DNA of 64,000 nucleotides from a bacterium (GTDB lineage Bacteria; Patescibacteriota; Minisyncoccia; 2-02-FULL-40-12; IGHO2-12-FULL-4): NCBI GenBank assembly GCA_030647955.1, contig JAUSIQ010000031.1, positions 2,920 to 66,919 of the forward strand, read 5' to 3'. Shown piece by piece: positions 56,531 to 64,000 of this stretch (position 1 is its first letter; each line of letters starts with the position of its first letter). The notes under the pieces were generated by a model. It saw only the letters and a program-made list of their open reading frames with translations, ran no database searches and was not told where the DNA came from. The position numbers and the translations under genes were made by a program.

Positions 56531-58216
56531 ATGACAACGGTTGCGGATAGACTTGCGGCACTGGGGGTGCCCGACGGCGATGCATCCCAGAAGGAGCGAA
56601 GGGCGGGCAAGAAGGGACCGGTGGCGGTTCCGTCGAAGCCGGCGGCGTCTGCGACGAAGAGCAATCTGTTGGCGGACTTCGTCATCAAGCCGATCCCGAA
56701 GCTGCATCTTGTCAGGCCGGAAGAGCGGCAGGCGAGGATGGAGGGTCTCGAGGGTTTCAAAGCCCAGATCTCCTCCGTAATGACCGATCTCGTCACCTTC
56801 CTGCGGGGAGTGGCGAGGTTGACTCCCGAAGAGCAGGTTGCTTACCGGGAACCGGAGAATGAGGCGATCGGGCAAATCGCTGACTACCTCAATAGGCCGG
56901 CGCCAGCCGGAGTGGTCGCGTTAGTGGCCTACGCCGATGCGATGGTCATGACTTGTCCCGACGTCAAGCCGATGGTCGTTCGGACCGTCGAAGAGCTGGA
57001 GCGAGTCCGTTTCATCAAGCAGGTCTCGTCTGGACGAAAGGAGGCGATCCGAGTCTTCGACAATTCGTTCGTCATCATGGAGGACATCGAGAGGGTCGAC
57101 GGAGCCACGAGGGTTCTGGAGGCTCTCGGAGCTTTGGTCGGCCGCACAGTGGCGGCCGGTCGACAGTTCTTCCAGGAGTCCATGGAGAAGCTCCATGCGG
57201 CAGAGGGGAACCCCTTAGTCAGCGACGAGATCGAGACCGGCCTCAACGGGAGAAGGATTCTCACGGTTCCGGATCAGGACATCACTGTCCGGGGTGAGGC
57301 CCGGCACTATCGCGGCGGTCCGCTTCTGGTGGAGGTCGTTGACGGGTACGTGTCCGTCATCGGCGGCGCCGGAGTCATGCGTCGGATGGCCGAGAAGTTC
57401 GCGGGGCTTTCGTTTCCCGTCGAGCAGCTCGGCAAGGAGCGCTTCGATCTCGGGCAAGGATTATCCGAGGAGGAGCGCAAGGTGATGTTCCTCATGCATC
57501 GTCTCCTACGCCTTGGCATCGCCGAGGCCCGCAAGGAGGAGGAGAGGCAGGTCTACTCCGCCCGCAAAGAGGCGGAGCGCGAAGAGGCGAAGGAGAAGTT
57601 TCGGATGACGGTGGAGGCGGATCGCGAGACCATAAAGGCTCGCGCGAAGCTGACGCCGACCGAAGGTCTCATCGCCAAGGCTCACGGGCTGTTCGCAATG
57701 GAGCGCTGGGGCTCCAAGTTCGACCGGAGGACCGGTCGAAAGGACAGCACCGGCAAGCCCATCACAGAACCGGTCTGGTACCCCATGGCGCTCATGGAGA
57801 GGAACGCCGAGGAGCAGATTCGGGTGGCTTACGCACCCGATCGGCTCAAAGGCTTCTTCGCCCCGTTCACCCAGTTCGCTGATCCGGGGGAGGACTACGG
57901 TAACCTCGGTGTTCTCGGGGTCCTGCTTCGGCGGGAGACCCAGAAGGCCGAGGCGGAAGCCTCCGGCGACGAGCGTGTCGTCGCCAAGGAGACGGCGGCA
58001 AGGGTCAAGAAGGCGGCCGAGGAAGCTCGGGCCGCCAAGCAGGTCGAGGACGCTCGTGTCCTCGCCGCCCAGCTTCTCGCCGGGTCTGGCGAAGAGCTGA
58101 CGGAGTCCGATACGGTTCCCATGGTCCCCGCTGCGGGCGACAAGCCCGTGGAGACCAGGGGGGCCAAGAGGCCCGCAGCGGAGCGGCGAAAGGGTTCGCG
58201 CTCGAAGGCAGCCTAG
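56531..58216 (+). CDS. hypothetical protein encoded in strongly G+C-rich DNA (probable horizontally acquired gene)
   Basis: 561 aa; codons overwhelmingly G/C-ending, unlike neighbours; charged coiled-coil-like central region; basic C-terminal tail; no recognisable catalytic motif. Confidence 0.55.
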   Translation: MTTVADRLAALGVPDGDASQKERRAGKKGPVAVPSKPAASATKSNLLADFVIKPIPKLHLVRPEERQARMEGLEGFKAQISSVMTDLVTFLRGVARLTPEEQVAYREPENEAIGQIADYLNRPAPAGVVALVAYADAMVMTCPDVKPMVVRTVEELERVRFIKQVSSGRKEAIRVFDNSFVIMEDIERVDGATRVLEALGALVGRTVAAGRQFFQESMEKLHAAEGNPLVSDEIETGLNGRRILTVPDQDITVRGEARHYRGGPLLVEVVDGYVSVIGGAGVMRRMAEKFAGLSFPVEQLGKERFDLGQGLSEEERKVMFLMHRLLRLGIAEARKEEERQVYSARKEAEREEAKEKFRMTVEADRETIKARAKLTPTEGLIAKAHGLFAMERWGSKFDRRTGRKDSTGKPITEPVWYPMALMERNAEEQIRVAYAPDRLKGFFAPFTQFADPGEDYGNLGVLGVLLRRETQKAEAEASGDERVVAKETAARVKKAAEEARAAKQVEDARVLAAQLLAGSGEELTESDTVPMVPAAGDKPVETRGAKRPAAERRKGSRSKAA

Positions 58217-58293
58217 TCTAGGCTGCCAGTTCACCGGCCCCACACCAATGATGACGCGAGTTGTCATCGGAGGTGTGGGGCCTTTTTAATACA

Positions 58294-58323
58294 AAAAAAT
58301 CAGCTATGCAGCTGATTTTTTTA
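58294..58323. terminator. bidirectional rho-independent terminator
   Basis: AAAAAAATCAGCTATGCAGCTGATTTTTTT; preceded by GGCCCCACACC...GGTGTGGGGCC hairpin + TTTTT at 58232-58277. Confidence 0.7.
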
Positions 58324-58441
58324 GTAGTTCTTGAACCTCTTTCTTACTCTTCTGTCTACTGTAAGCTTTCTTAGGTTTATGGACCTGCTCGGGTTTTAGT
58401 TTAAAAGCGTGGATGCGAGGCTTGAGAGATTTTTTAGCCAT
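58321..58441 (-). CDS. small basic protein, hypothetical
   Basis: Not in ORF track; minus-strand ORF MAKKSLKPRIHAFKLKPEQVHKPKKAYSRQKSKKEVQELL directly downstream of rpsA. Confidence 0.25.
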
Positions 58442-58445
58442 CTTT

Positions 58446-59597
58446 TTATTCTTTTTCTCCCTGAAGAGTGAGCATCATTTTGTGCTCTTTAGAGTCGATG
58501 CTGACGATGGCGACAGTGAGAGGATCTCCAGGTTTAAAGCGGGTTTCTTTCTTGCCGGCCAATTCGGAGTTGGGGACGAGTCCCATTACTTCGTTATTTA
58601 CCCCATCAAATTTCGCCTTTGGCGTACCGGCTCGGCCGGATTTGACGGGGTTAATTTTTACCAATAATCCGTAAGCGGTAACTTTAGCCACTTCGCCTTC
58701 GATAGTTTGTCCGACGGTTAATTTCTCTTCAATCTTTTCCCAAGGGTCCGGGCGGAGGGCTTTGAGAGAGAGGGAAACTTTTCCGGCATCAATGCTGATG
58801 ATTTTGGCGGAAACTTCTTCGCTTACTTTCAAGTAGTCGCGAGGATTTTCTACAATCTTCCAATCAATTTCGGAAATATGGATGAGGCCTTCAATATTAT
58901 CGCTGATTTTTACAAAGGCGCCAAAGTCAGTGATATCAGTGACCGTTCCAGTAATCACTTCGCCGAGAGTGAACTTCTCCAGTTCTTTTTTGACTTGGTC
59001 GTTGAGGATAGCGCGCTCGGAAACAATGAGTTTGTTCTCTTCTTCAGAGAAATCGAGAATTTTTACATTAAAAATTTGTCCGCGGAATTTCTGTAAAGCC
59101 TGTACGATTTTAGTGGTGTCGCCGCCTTCTATTTTCGGGTAGTGGTCCATAGAGAGCTGGGAGAGGGGAAGGAAGCCTTGAATGCCGTTGATCTCCACGA
59201 TCAAACCGCCCTTGTTGATATTAATAATAGTGGTGGCAATTACTTCGCCCTTGTCCTTTCTTTCTTTAATGTCTTCCCAGGTGGTGGTCATTTGAGCTTG
59301 CTTTAAGGAAAGCTCGCGGTAACCGTCGTCGTTTTCTACTTCTAATAAGACCACGGAAATCGAGTCTCCCTTTTTCAAGTTCTTGATGAGGTTGGGATTA
59401 TCGTAAAATTCAGAGGGGTAAATAATTCCCGTACCCAAAGTACCTAAGTTGACCAAGATATTGCTCTTGCTGATCGAGATAACATCACCCATTAAAACTT
59501 CGCCCTTCTTGGGAAGGCCGAGCTCATATTGAGCAAGGATGTCTTTCATGGAGTTTAGCTCCGTGGAAGTGTTACTGGCGTTGATTACCGTATTCAT
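58446..59597 (-). CDS. rpsA: 30S ribosomal protein S1 (four S1 domains)
   Basis: Repeated S1-domain cores (GxV.G.V..I..FGAFV-like: GTVTDITDFGAFVKI, GEVAKVTAYGLLVKI); 383 aa. Confidence 0.8.
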   Translation of the reverse strand: MNTVINASNTSTELNSMKDILAQYELGLPKKGEVLMGDVISISKSNILVNLGTLGTGIIYPSEFYDNPNLIKNLKKGDSISVVLLEVENDDGYRELSLKQAQMTTTWEDIKERKDKGEVIATTIININKGGLIVEINGIQGFLPLSQLSMDHYPKIEGGDTTKIVQALQKFRGQIFNVKILDFSEEENKLIVSERAILNDQVKKELEKFTLGEVITGTVTDITDFGAFVKISDNIEGLIHISEIDWKIVENPRDYLKVSEEVSAKIISIDAGKVSLSLKALRPDPWEKIEEKLTVGQTIEGEVAKVTAYGLLVKINPVKSGRAGTPKAKFDGVNNEVMGLVPNSELAGKKETRFKPGDPLTVAIVSIDSKEHKMMLTLQGEKE

Positions 59598-59667
59598 CCC
59601 GTTTAGAGATAACCTATCCTTATATATAGTTATGCTTTGTAATATAAAAGGGTTACTTGACTCAAGA

Positions 59668-59717
59668 TAATCCCATCAGTTCACGGATCCGCATATGGAT
59701 CCTATCTCTAACGGGAA
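59668..59717. repeat. degenerate copy of the CCCGTTAGAG/CTCTAACGGG hairpin element
   Basis: Right terminus TCTCTAACGGGAA 59705-59717; left arm ATAATCCCATCAG diverged; internal palindrome GGATCCGCATATGGATCC. Confidence 0.4.
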
Positions 59718-59826
59718 TCATAATGATGTGAAGTATCCTACAGTATATTAGGAAGAATTGCAATATAGGGCTTTTTGGGCCTTGGTGGGATATTGAAATT
59801 TAAACGCAATTTGCTAGAATATAGAC

Positions 59827-60465
59827 ATGATTTTAACTTGGATAGGACATAGCTGTTTTCGACTGGAAGGGAAAGATGTTTCGTTATTAATCGACCCTTT
59901 TTCCAAAGAGATCGGCCTAAAACCACCCCGCATTAAAGATAACCTGGTGTTATTGACTCACCGGCATTATGATCATGCCAGTATTGATGACGTAGATAGT
60001 GAGACGATGGTCATTGATGGTCCGGGGGAGTACGAGTCCCACGGAGTGTATGTGCACGGCATTTCTTCTTTCCATGATAATTCCGGAGGGACGGAGCGTG
60101 GTTTGAACACCATCTATGTGATAAAGTTAGAGGAGGTTACGATTTGTCATCTAGGAGATCTCGGTCAAGAAAAGCTCGATGAACAGCAGTTGGAGTTGAT
60201 CGGCAACATCGATGTGCTATTAATTCCGGTAGGTGGCAAGTACACAATTGATTACAAGCAGGCCGTGGCAGTGGTAGGACAAATTGAGCCAAAGGTTATT
60301 GTCCCTATGCATCACAAATTACCAGATTTGAAAATTGAGGGACTAGACGGGGTAGAAAAGTTCTTAAAAGAAATGGGGCTCACCCCGGAGAAGTTGGATA
60401 AATTGAAAGTCACACCTAAAACTCTTCCCCAAGAAGAAATTAAATTAGTAACATTGAGTTTGTAA
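59827..60465 (+). CDS. MBL-fold metal-dependent hydrolase (UPF0173-like)
   Basis: LLTHRHYDHA motif; 212 aa. Confidence 0.65.
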   Translation: MILTWIGHSCFRLEGKDVSLLIDPFSKEIGLKPPRIKDNLVLLTHRHYDHASIDDVDSETMVIDGPGEYESHGVYVHGISSFHDNSGGTERGLNTIYVIKLEEVTICHLGDLGQEKLDEQQLELIGNIDVLLIPVGGKYTIDYKQAVAVVGQIEPKVIVPMHHKLPDLKIEGLDGVEKFLKEMGLTPEKLDKLKVTPKTLPQEEIKLVTLSL

Positions 60466-60548
60466 AGTTCGTAAAGTTTTTCAAGTTCGTAAAGTACAGA
60501 GCTTGAGCAACTTTATAACTTTATAACTTTATAACTTTATAAACTTAT
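60466..60548 (+). repeat. short tandem/direct repeats: GTAAAGTT x3 and CTTTATAA x4
   Basis: GTAAAGTTCGTAAAGTTTTTCAAGTTCGTAAAGT 60467-60499; CTTTATAA tandem 60511-60542; related motifs at 16085-16145 and 20985-21060. Confidence 0.6.
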
Positions 60549-60589
60549 TAACTGAAATTCGTCGACAGCCGGAACACATTCGTCATATT

Positions 60590-60904
60590 ATGATGTGGCT
60601 TTGTGTGGTGATTGTCTTCTCCTTAATTAGTTTTGTGTGGTTCAAGTCTACGCAGGCGAAGTTTGTGGCGATGCTTCATCCGGAAGAGGCGAAGCAGTTG
60701 GCGGAACAGCGCAATCTTGCGGAAAGCAATCAGGATTCGCCCTTGGCGGGCTTGCGTAGCTCCTTTGCGCTTTTGCGCGCTAGCTTAGGAGAGTTGTTAA
60801 GAGGGGAGAGTACGGACTTAACCCGGGACGCGGAGAAGCCGCAGCCCAAAGAAGATGACGCTCCTTCTCAGGAGTTGCCGTTGTCGCCCGATAAGACCAA
60901 TTAA
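60590..60904 (+). CDS. small membrane protein, hypothetical
   Basis: 104 aa; N-terminal TM; charged C-terminus. Confidence 0.4.
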   Translation: MMWLCVVIVFSLISFVWFKSTQAKFVAMLHPEEAKQLAEQRNLAESNQDSPLAGLRSSFALLRASLGELLRGESTDLTRDAEKPQPKEDDAPSQELPLSPDKTN

Positions 60905-60912
60905 ATATATAG

Positions 60913-63381
60913 ATGGCTAAAGAAGAAAAAAAATTAGAAACTGCTCCCACTGCAGATCGAGTTCAGGCTCGGGAAATTATTGAAGAAATGCAGGAGTCAT
61001 ATTTGGATTACGCCATGAGCGTTATTGTGGCGCGCGCTTTGCCTGATGTCCGTGATGGCCTAAAACCGGTGCATCGCCGTATTTTATACGCCATGCATGA
61101 GATGGGTTTGCGCCACAATACCAAATTCGTAAAGTCTGCCCGCGTTACCGGTACGGTCATGGGTAATTATCATCCCCACGGTAACGCGGCGATTTATGAT
61201 TCGATGGTGCGTATGGCACAGGACTTTTCTTTGCGCTACCCCTTAGTAGATGGACAGGGTAACTTTGGCAGTATGGATGACGATCCTGCCGCTGCGGAAC
61301 GTTACACCGAGGCGCGTCTCTCAAAATTATCCGAAGAAATTCTTCGGGATATCGAAAAAGAGACGGTGGATTACACCGATAACTACGACGGCAGTCGCAA
61401 AGAGCCATCGGTTTTGCCATCCGTAGTCCCCAATCTGTTAATAAATGGCTCCATGGGTATCGCTGTCGGTATGGCTACCAACATTCCTCCACACAATCTT
61501 TCAGAAGTCTTAGATGGTTTGGTACATCTTATAGAGCACAAAGATGCCGACGTTAAGGAACTGGCCGAATTTGTGAAGGGTCCGGATTTCCCAACCGGGG
61601 GAGTGATCTACAACGAAAAAGATATCCTCAATGCTTATGCTACCGGTAAAGGCCCGATTATTATTCGCGCCAAGGCTGATATTGTCGAAGGTAAAAAATT
61701 TTTCCAAATCATTATCACCGAGGTTCCATATCAGGTGAACAAGGCCGAGTTGATTAAGAAGATCGCGGAATTGGCCACGGGCAAAGAGAAGAAGATCGAT
61801 GGCATCAAAGATGTTCGCGATGAATCCGATAAAGATGGAGTGCGTATTGCCGTGGATCTTAAACAAGACTCTTTCCCCAAGAAAATACTGAATCAACTTT
61901 TTAAATACACCGAACTGCAGAAAACTTTTCATGTAAACATGCTGGCTTTAGTAGATGGCATTCAGCCGCAGATTTTGGGCTTGAAGGCGGTGCTGGAGAA
62001 GTTTATCGATCACCGTCGCATTGTGGTCACGCGTCGTGCGCAACACGATCTGCGCAAGGCCAAAGATCGCGCTCATATTTTAGAAGGTTTGAAAAAAGCG
62101 CTCGACCATATCGACGCCATCATTAAATTGATTCGGGCTTCTGCTTCGCAAGACGAAGCTCTGAAAAATTTAATGAAAAAGTTTGACTTTACGCAGTTAC
62201 AGGCCACCGCTATTTTGGAAATGAAGCTGCGCGCTTTGGCCGGATTGGAGCGCAAAAAAGTAGAAGACGAACTTAAAGAAAAGAAGGCTCTCATTGCTTA
62301 TCTGGAAGATTTGTTAGCCAGCCCCAAGAAAATCTTGGCGGTAGTTAAAGATGAATTTACGCAGTTAAAAGAAAAATATGGCGATGAGCGTCGCACCAAG
62401 ATTATTAAATCGGCTTTGCGCGAAATTGGCGAAGAGGAGTTGATGCCGGAAGAAGACAGTCTGTTCATGGTGACCAAGAGCGGTTATCTCAAGCGCATGG
62501 CTCCTGAGGGCTTGCGAATTCAAAAGCGCGGGGGCAAGGGTTTGATTGGTATGGAAACAAAAGAAGAAGATATTGTCAGTCAGTTCTTTATGGCTAATAC
62601 CCACGATACGATTCTATTCTTTACCAACACCGGTAAAGCTTTCCGCACCAAAGGATACGAGGTTCCGGAATCGAGCCGCACCTCCAAGGGCAAGGCGATC
62701 GTCAATTTCTTGAATATCTCTCAGAGTGAAACGGTTACGGCGGTGGTGCCTGTACCTAAAGAGCAAAAAGGCATGTATCTTTTCATGGCTACTAAGCACG
62801 GAGTGGTAAAGAAGGTGGACATGAGTGATTTTGAAAATATTCGTACCAACGGCTTAATTTCGGTTAAATTAAAAGGCGATGACGAACTCAAGTGGGTACG
62901 AGCCACTTCCGGCAAAGACGAGATCATGATGATTTCCTCTGATGGCAACTCTATTCGCTTCCAAGAAAAAGATGTGCGTCCGATGGGCCGAGCGGCCGCA
63001 GGTGTAATTGGTATGCGCCTGGAAAAAGATGCCAAGATTGTAGGTATGGAAGTGGTCTCGGCGGATATTCCCGAAAAAGATTTCAAACTTTTAGTGGTAA
63101 TGGAAAAAGGTTACGGCAAGCGCACCGAATTGCGTTACTACAAAGTCCAGCATCGCGGCGGACGAGGAATTATGACCGCTAGCCTCACTGCTAAAACCGG
63201 TCAAATTATCTCCGCGCATTTAGTCACTCCGGAAGATAAAGAAATTATCGCGGTCTCTGAAAAAGGGCAAGTAATTAGAACTGATCTGGCTAGTATCTCT
63301 GTCCTCGGTCGCGCTACCCAAGGGGTTCGCGTGATGAGACTCGCTCCCGGCGACTCCCTGGCCTCCGTTGTTCTCGTTTGA
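60913..63381 (+). CDS. gyrA: DNA gyrase subunit A
   Basis: [22 protein letters not shown] with catalytic Tyr, QRDR-like region, C-terminal beta-pinwheel repeats; 822 aa. Confidence 0.95.
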   Translation: MAKEEKKLETAPTADRVQAREIIEEMQESYLDYAMSVIVARALPDVRDGLKPVHRRILYAMHEMGLRHNTKFVKSARVTGTVMGNYHPHGNAAIYDSMVRMAQDFSLRYPLVDGQGNFGSMDDDPAAAERYTEARLSKLSEEILRDIEKETVDYTDNYDGSRKEPSVLPSVVPNLLINGSMGIAVGMATNIPPHNLSEVLDGLVHLIEHKDADVKELAEFVKGPDFPTGGVIYNEKDILNAYATGKGPIIIRAKADIVEGKKFFQIIITEVPYQVNKAELIKKIAELATGKEKKIDGIKDVRDESDKDGVRIAVDLKQDSFPKKILNQLFKYTELQKTFHVNMLALVDGIQPQILGLKAVLEKFIDHRRIVVTRRAQHDLRKAKDRAHILEGLKKALDHIDAIIKLIRASASQDEALKNLMKKFDFTQLQATAILEMKLRALAGLERKKVEDELKEKKALIAYLEDLLASPKKILAVVKDEFTQLKEKYGDERRTKIIKSALREIGEEELMPEEDSLFMVTKSGYLKRMAPEGLRIQKRGGKGLIGMETKEEDIVSQFFMANTHDTILFFTNTGKAFRTKGYEVPESSRTSKGKAIVNFLNISQSETVTAVVPVPKEQKGMYLFMATKHGVVKKVDMSDFENIRTNGLISVKLKGDDELKWVRATSGKDEIMMISSDGNSIRFQEKDVRPMGRAAAGVIGMRLEKDAKIVGMEVVSADIPEKDFKLLVVMEKGYGKRTELRYYKVQHRGGRGIMTASLTAKTGQIISAHLVTPEDKEIIAVSEKGQVIRTDLASISVLGRATQGVRVMRLAPGDSLASVVLV

Positions 63382-63438
63382 CAATATAGAAAAACTTCTT
63401 TATAATCTAAAAAGTCTTTAATTATCGAGGAGTATAAA

Positions 63439-64000
63439 ATGAATCCTTTTTCGATAGTGGGCTGGGCGACAGCTGCTTTAACAATTCCTTTTCTTTGGAT
63501 TCTTTCCTCTTCTCAACCTAAAGAAGAAAAACGATGGGCAATCAAGGTGATGTGGTTTTTATGTGGTTTAGTGCATAGTATCTTGAATATGTATTTTGCT
63601 CTTCATCCTGAGATGATAGGACCATCACACCCTCTGGGATTTTTCTTTACAATGTACATGATGGCATCTTGCGCGGCATCTTGCGTGCTTTCAATAAATG
63701 TACTTGGGAAGTTGGGAAGAATGTTAATAAAATTTATCGATTGGCTGCAGGTGCAATATGAAGAGCGTGGAAAGCGTGGATTTTGGAGAAGGAGGGGTAG
63801 GTTAGATACTTTGGAAAGCCTTCGTCTTTTTGAAGATGAATATGCCAAGAAAAAAATAGATGCCCTGACTGTATTACTTCAAGATAGAGATCGAGGCATC
63901 GAGCATATTCGGCAACTGTTGCGGAAACTGAACAACGCTTTGCAAGATATTCCGCAGGGCATACTCAGCAAGCCTCGTTATCAAAAGATGGCAGTCTCTT
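63439..64000 (+). CDS. hypothetical membrane protein (3' partial, runs off window)
   Basis: Open frame from ATG 63439 to window end; two hydrophobic helices; no motif. Confidence 0.3.
   Translation, partial: MNPFSIVGWATAALTIPFLWILSSSQPKEEKRWAIKVMWFLCGLVHSILNMYFALHPEMIGPSHPLGFFFTMYMMASCAASCVLSINVLGKLGRMLIKFIDWLQVQYEERGKRGFWRRRGRLDTLESLRLFEDEYAKKKIDALTVLLQDRDRGIEHIRQLLRKLNNALQDIPQGILSKPRYQKMAVS

Noticed and set aside
56458-58267. Many long ORFs on both strands within the G+C-rich gene, e.g. 57506..58267 - (253 aa), 56513..56875 - and others
   Set aside because: High-GC DNA lacks stop codons in all frames. Only the 561-aa + strand frame has promoter, RBS and terminator context.
60466-60548. 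Possible CRISPR-like array (short tandem repeats)
   Set aside because: Repeat unit is only 8 bp with no spacers; no cas genes; it is a simple tandem/direct repeat motif.
63603-63848. 81-aa minus-strand ORF
   Set aside because: Antisense to the longer partial + strand ORF at the window end; no motif.

Overview
The window looks like a small-genome, low-G+C bacterial chromosome using the standard genetic code, probably a Patescibacteria/CPR-like or otherwise reduced Gram-positive-like organism (inference). It spans the replication-origin neighbourhood: rpmH-rnpA-yidD-yidC-jag on the minus strand, then dnaA-dnaN-dciA on the plus strand, with a DnaA-box cluster between dnaA and dnaN. Core housekeeping genes include cca, pcrA/uvrD, rsmA, an lnt-like gene, PBP1A, tyrS, ruvC, yebC, ruvB, pilB, nusA, tig, an iscS-like gene, rplS, rluA-family, ftsH, rpsA and gyrA. 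I folded 11 tRNA genes by hand. Accessory content includes a VirB4/VirB6-type IV-secretion-like cluster (16.1-25.2 kb), several secreted proteins with (PT)n linkers, a sortase with a candidate substrate, and an HNH endonuclease beside a tRNA pair. There is also a G+C-rich, apparently foreign island (about 55.7-58.3 kb) preceded by a NYN / NUDIX / beta-CASP RNA-metabolism cluster. The most unusual signal is non-coding. Four tRNA genes (Pro-CGG, Ala-CGC, Lys-CTT, Ile-TAT) are each followed within 100-300 bp by reiterated copies of their own 3' T-arm/acceptor end. The inserts after tRNA-Pro and tRNA-Ala share a conserved ~125-nt two-hairpin module. The inserts after tRNA-Lys and tRNA-Ile share a different GC-rich motif. 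A second repeat family, short hairpin elements bounded by conserved inverted termini GATCCCGTTAGAG...CTCTAACGGGAT(C), sits at three gene ends. A recurring ACTTGATAAAC / CTTTATAA / TTCGTAAAGTT motif set precedes secretion-cluster genes, a probable small RNA lies antisense-adjacent to pilB, and one ORF fuses an HExxH domain to a Ddl-like ATP-grasp ligase. All protein family calls rest on motif recognition by eye; no database searches were run.
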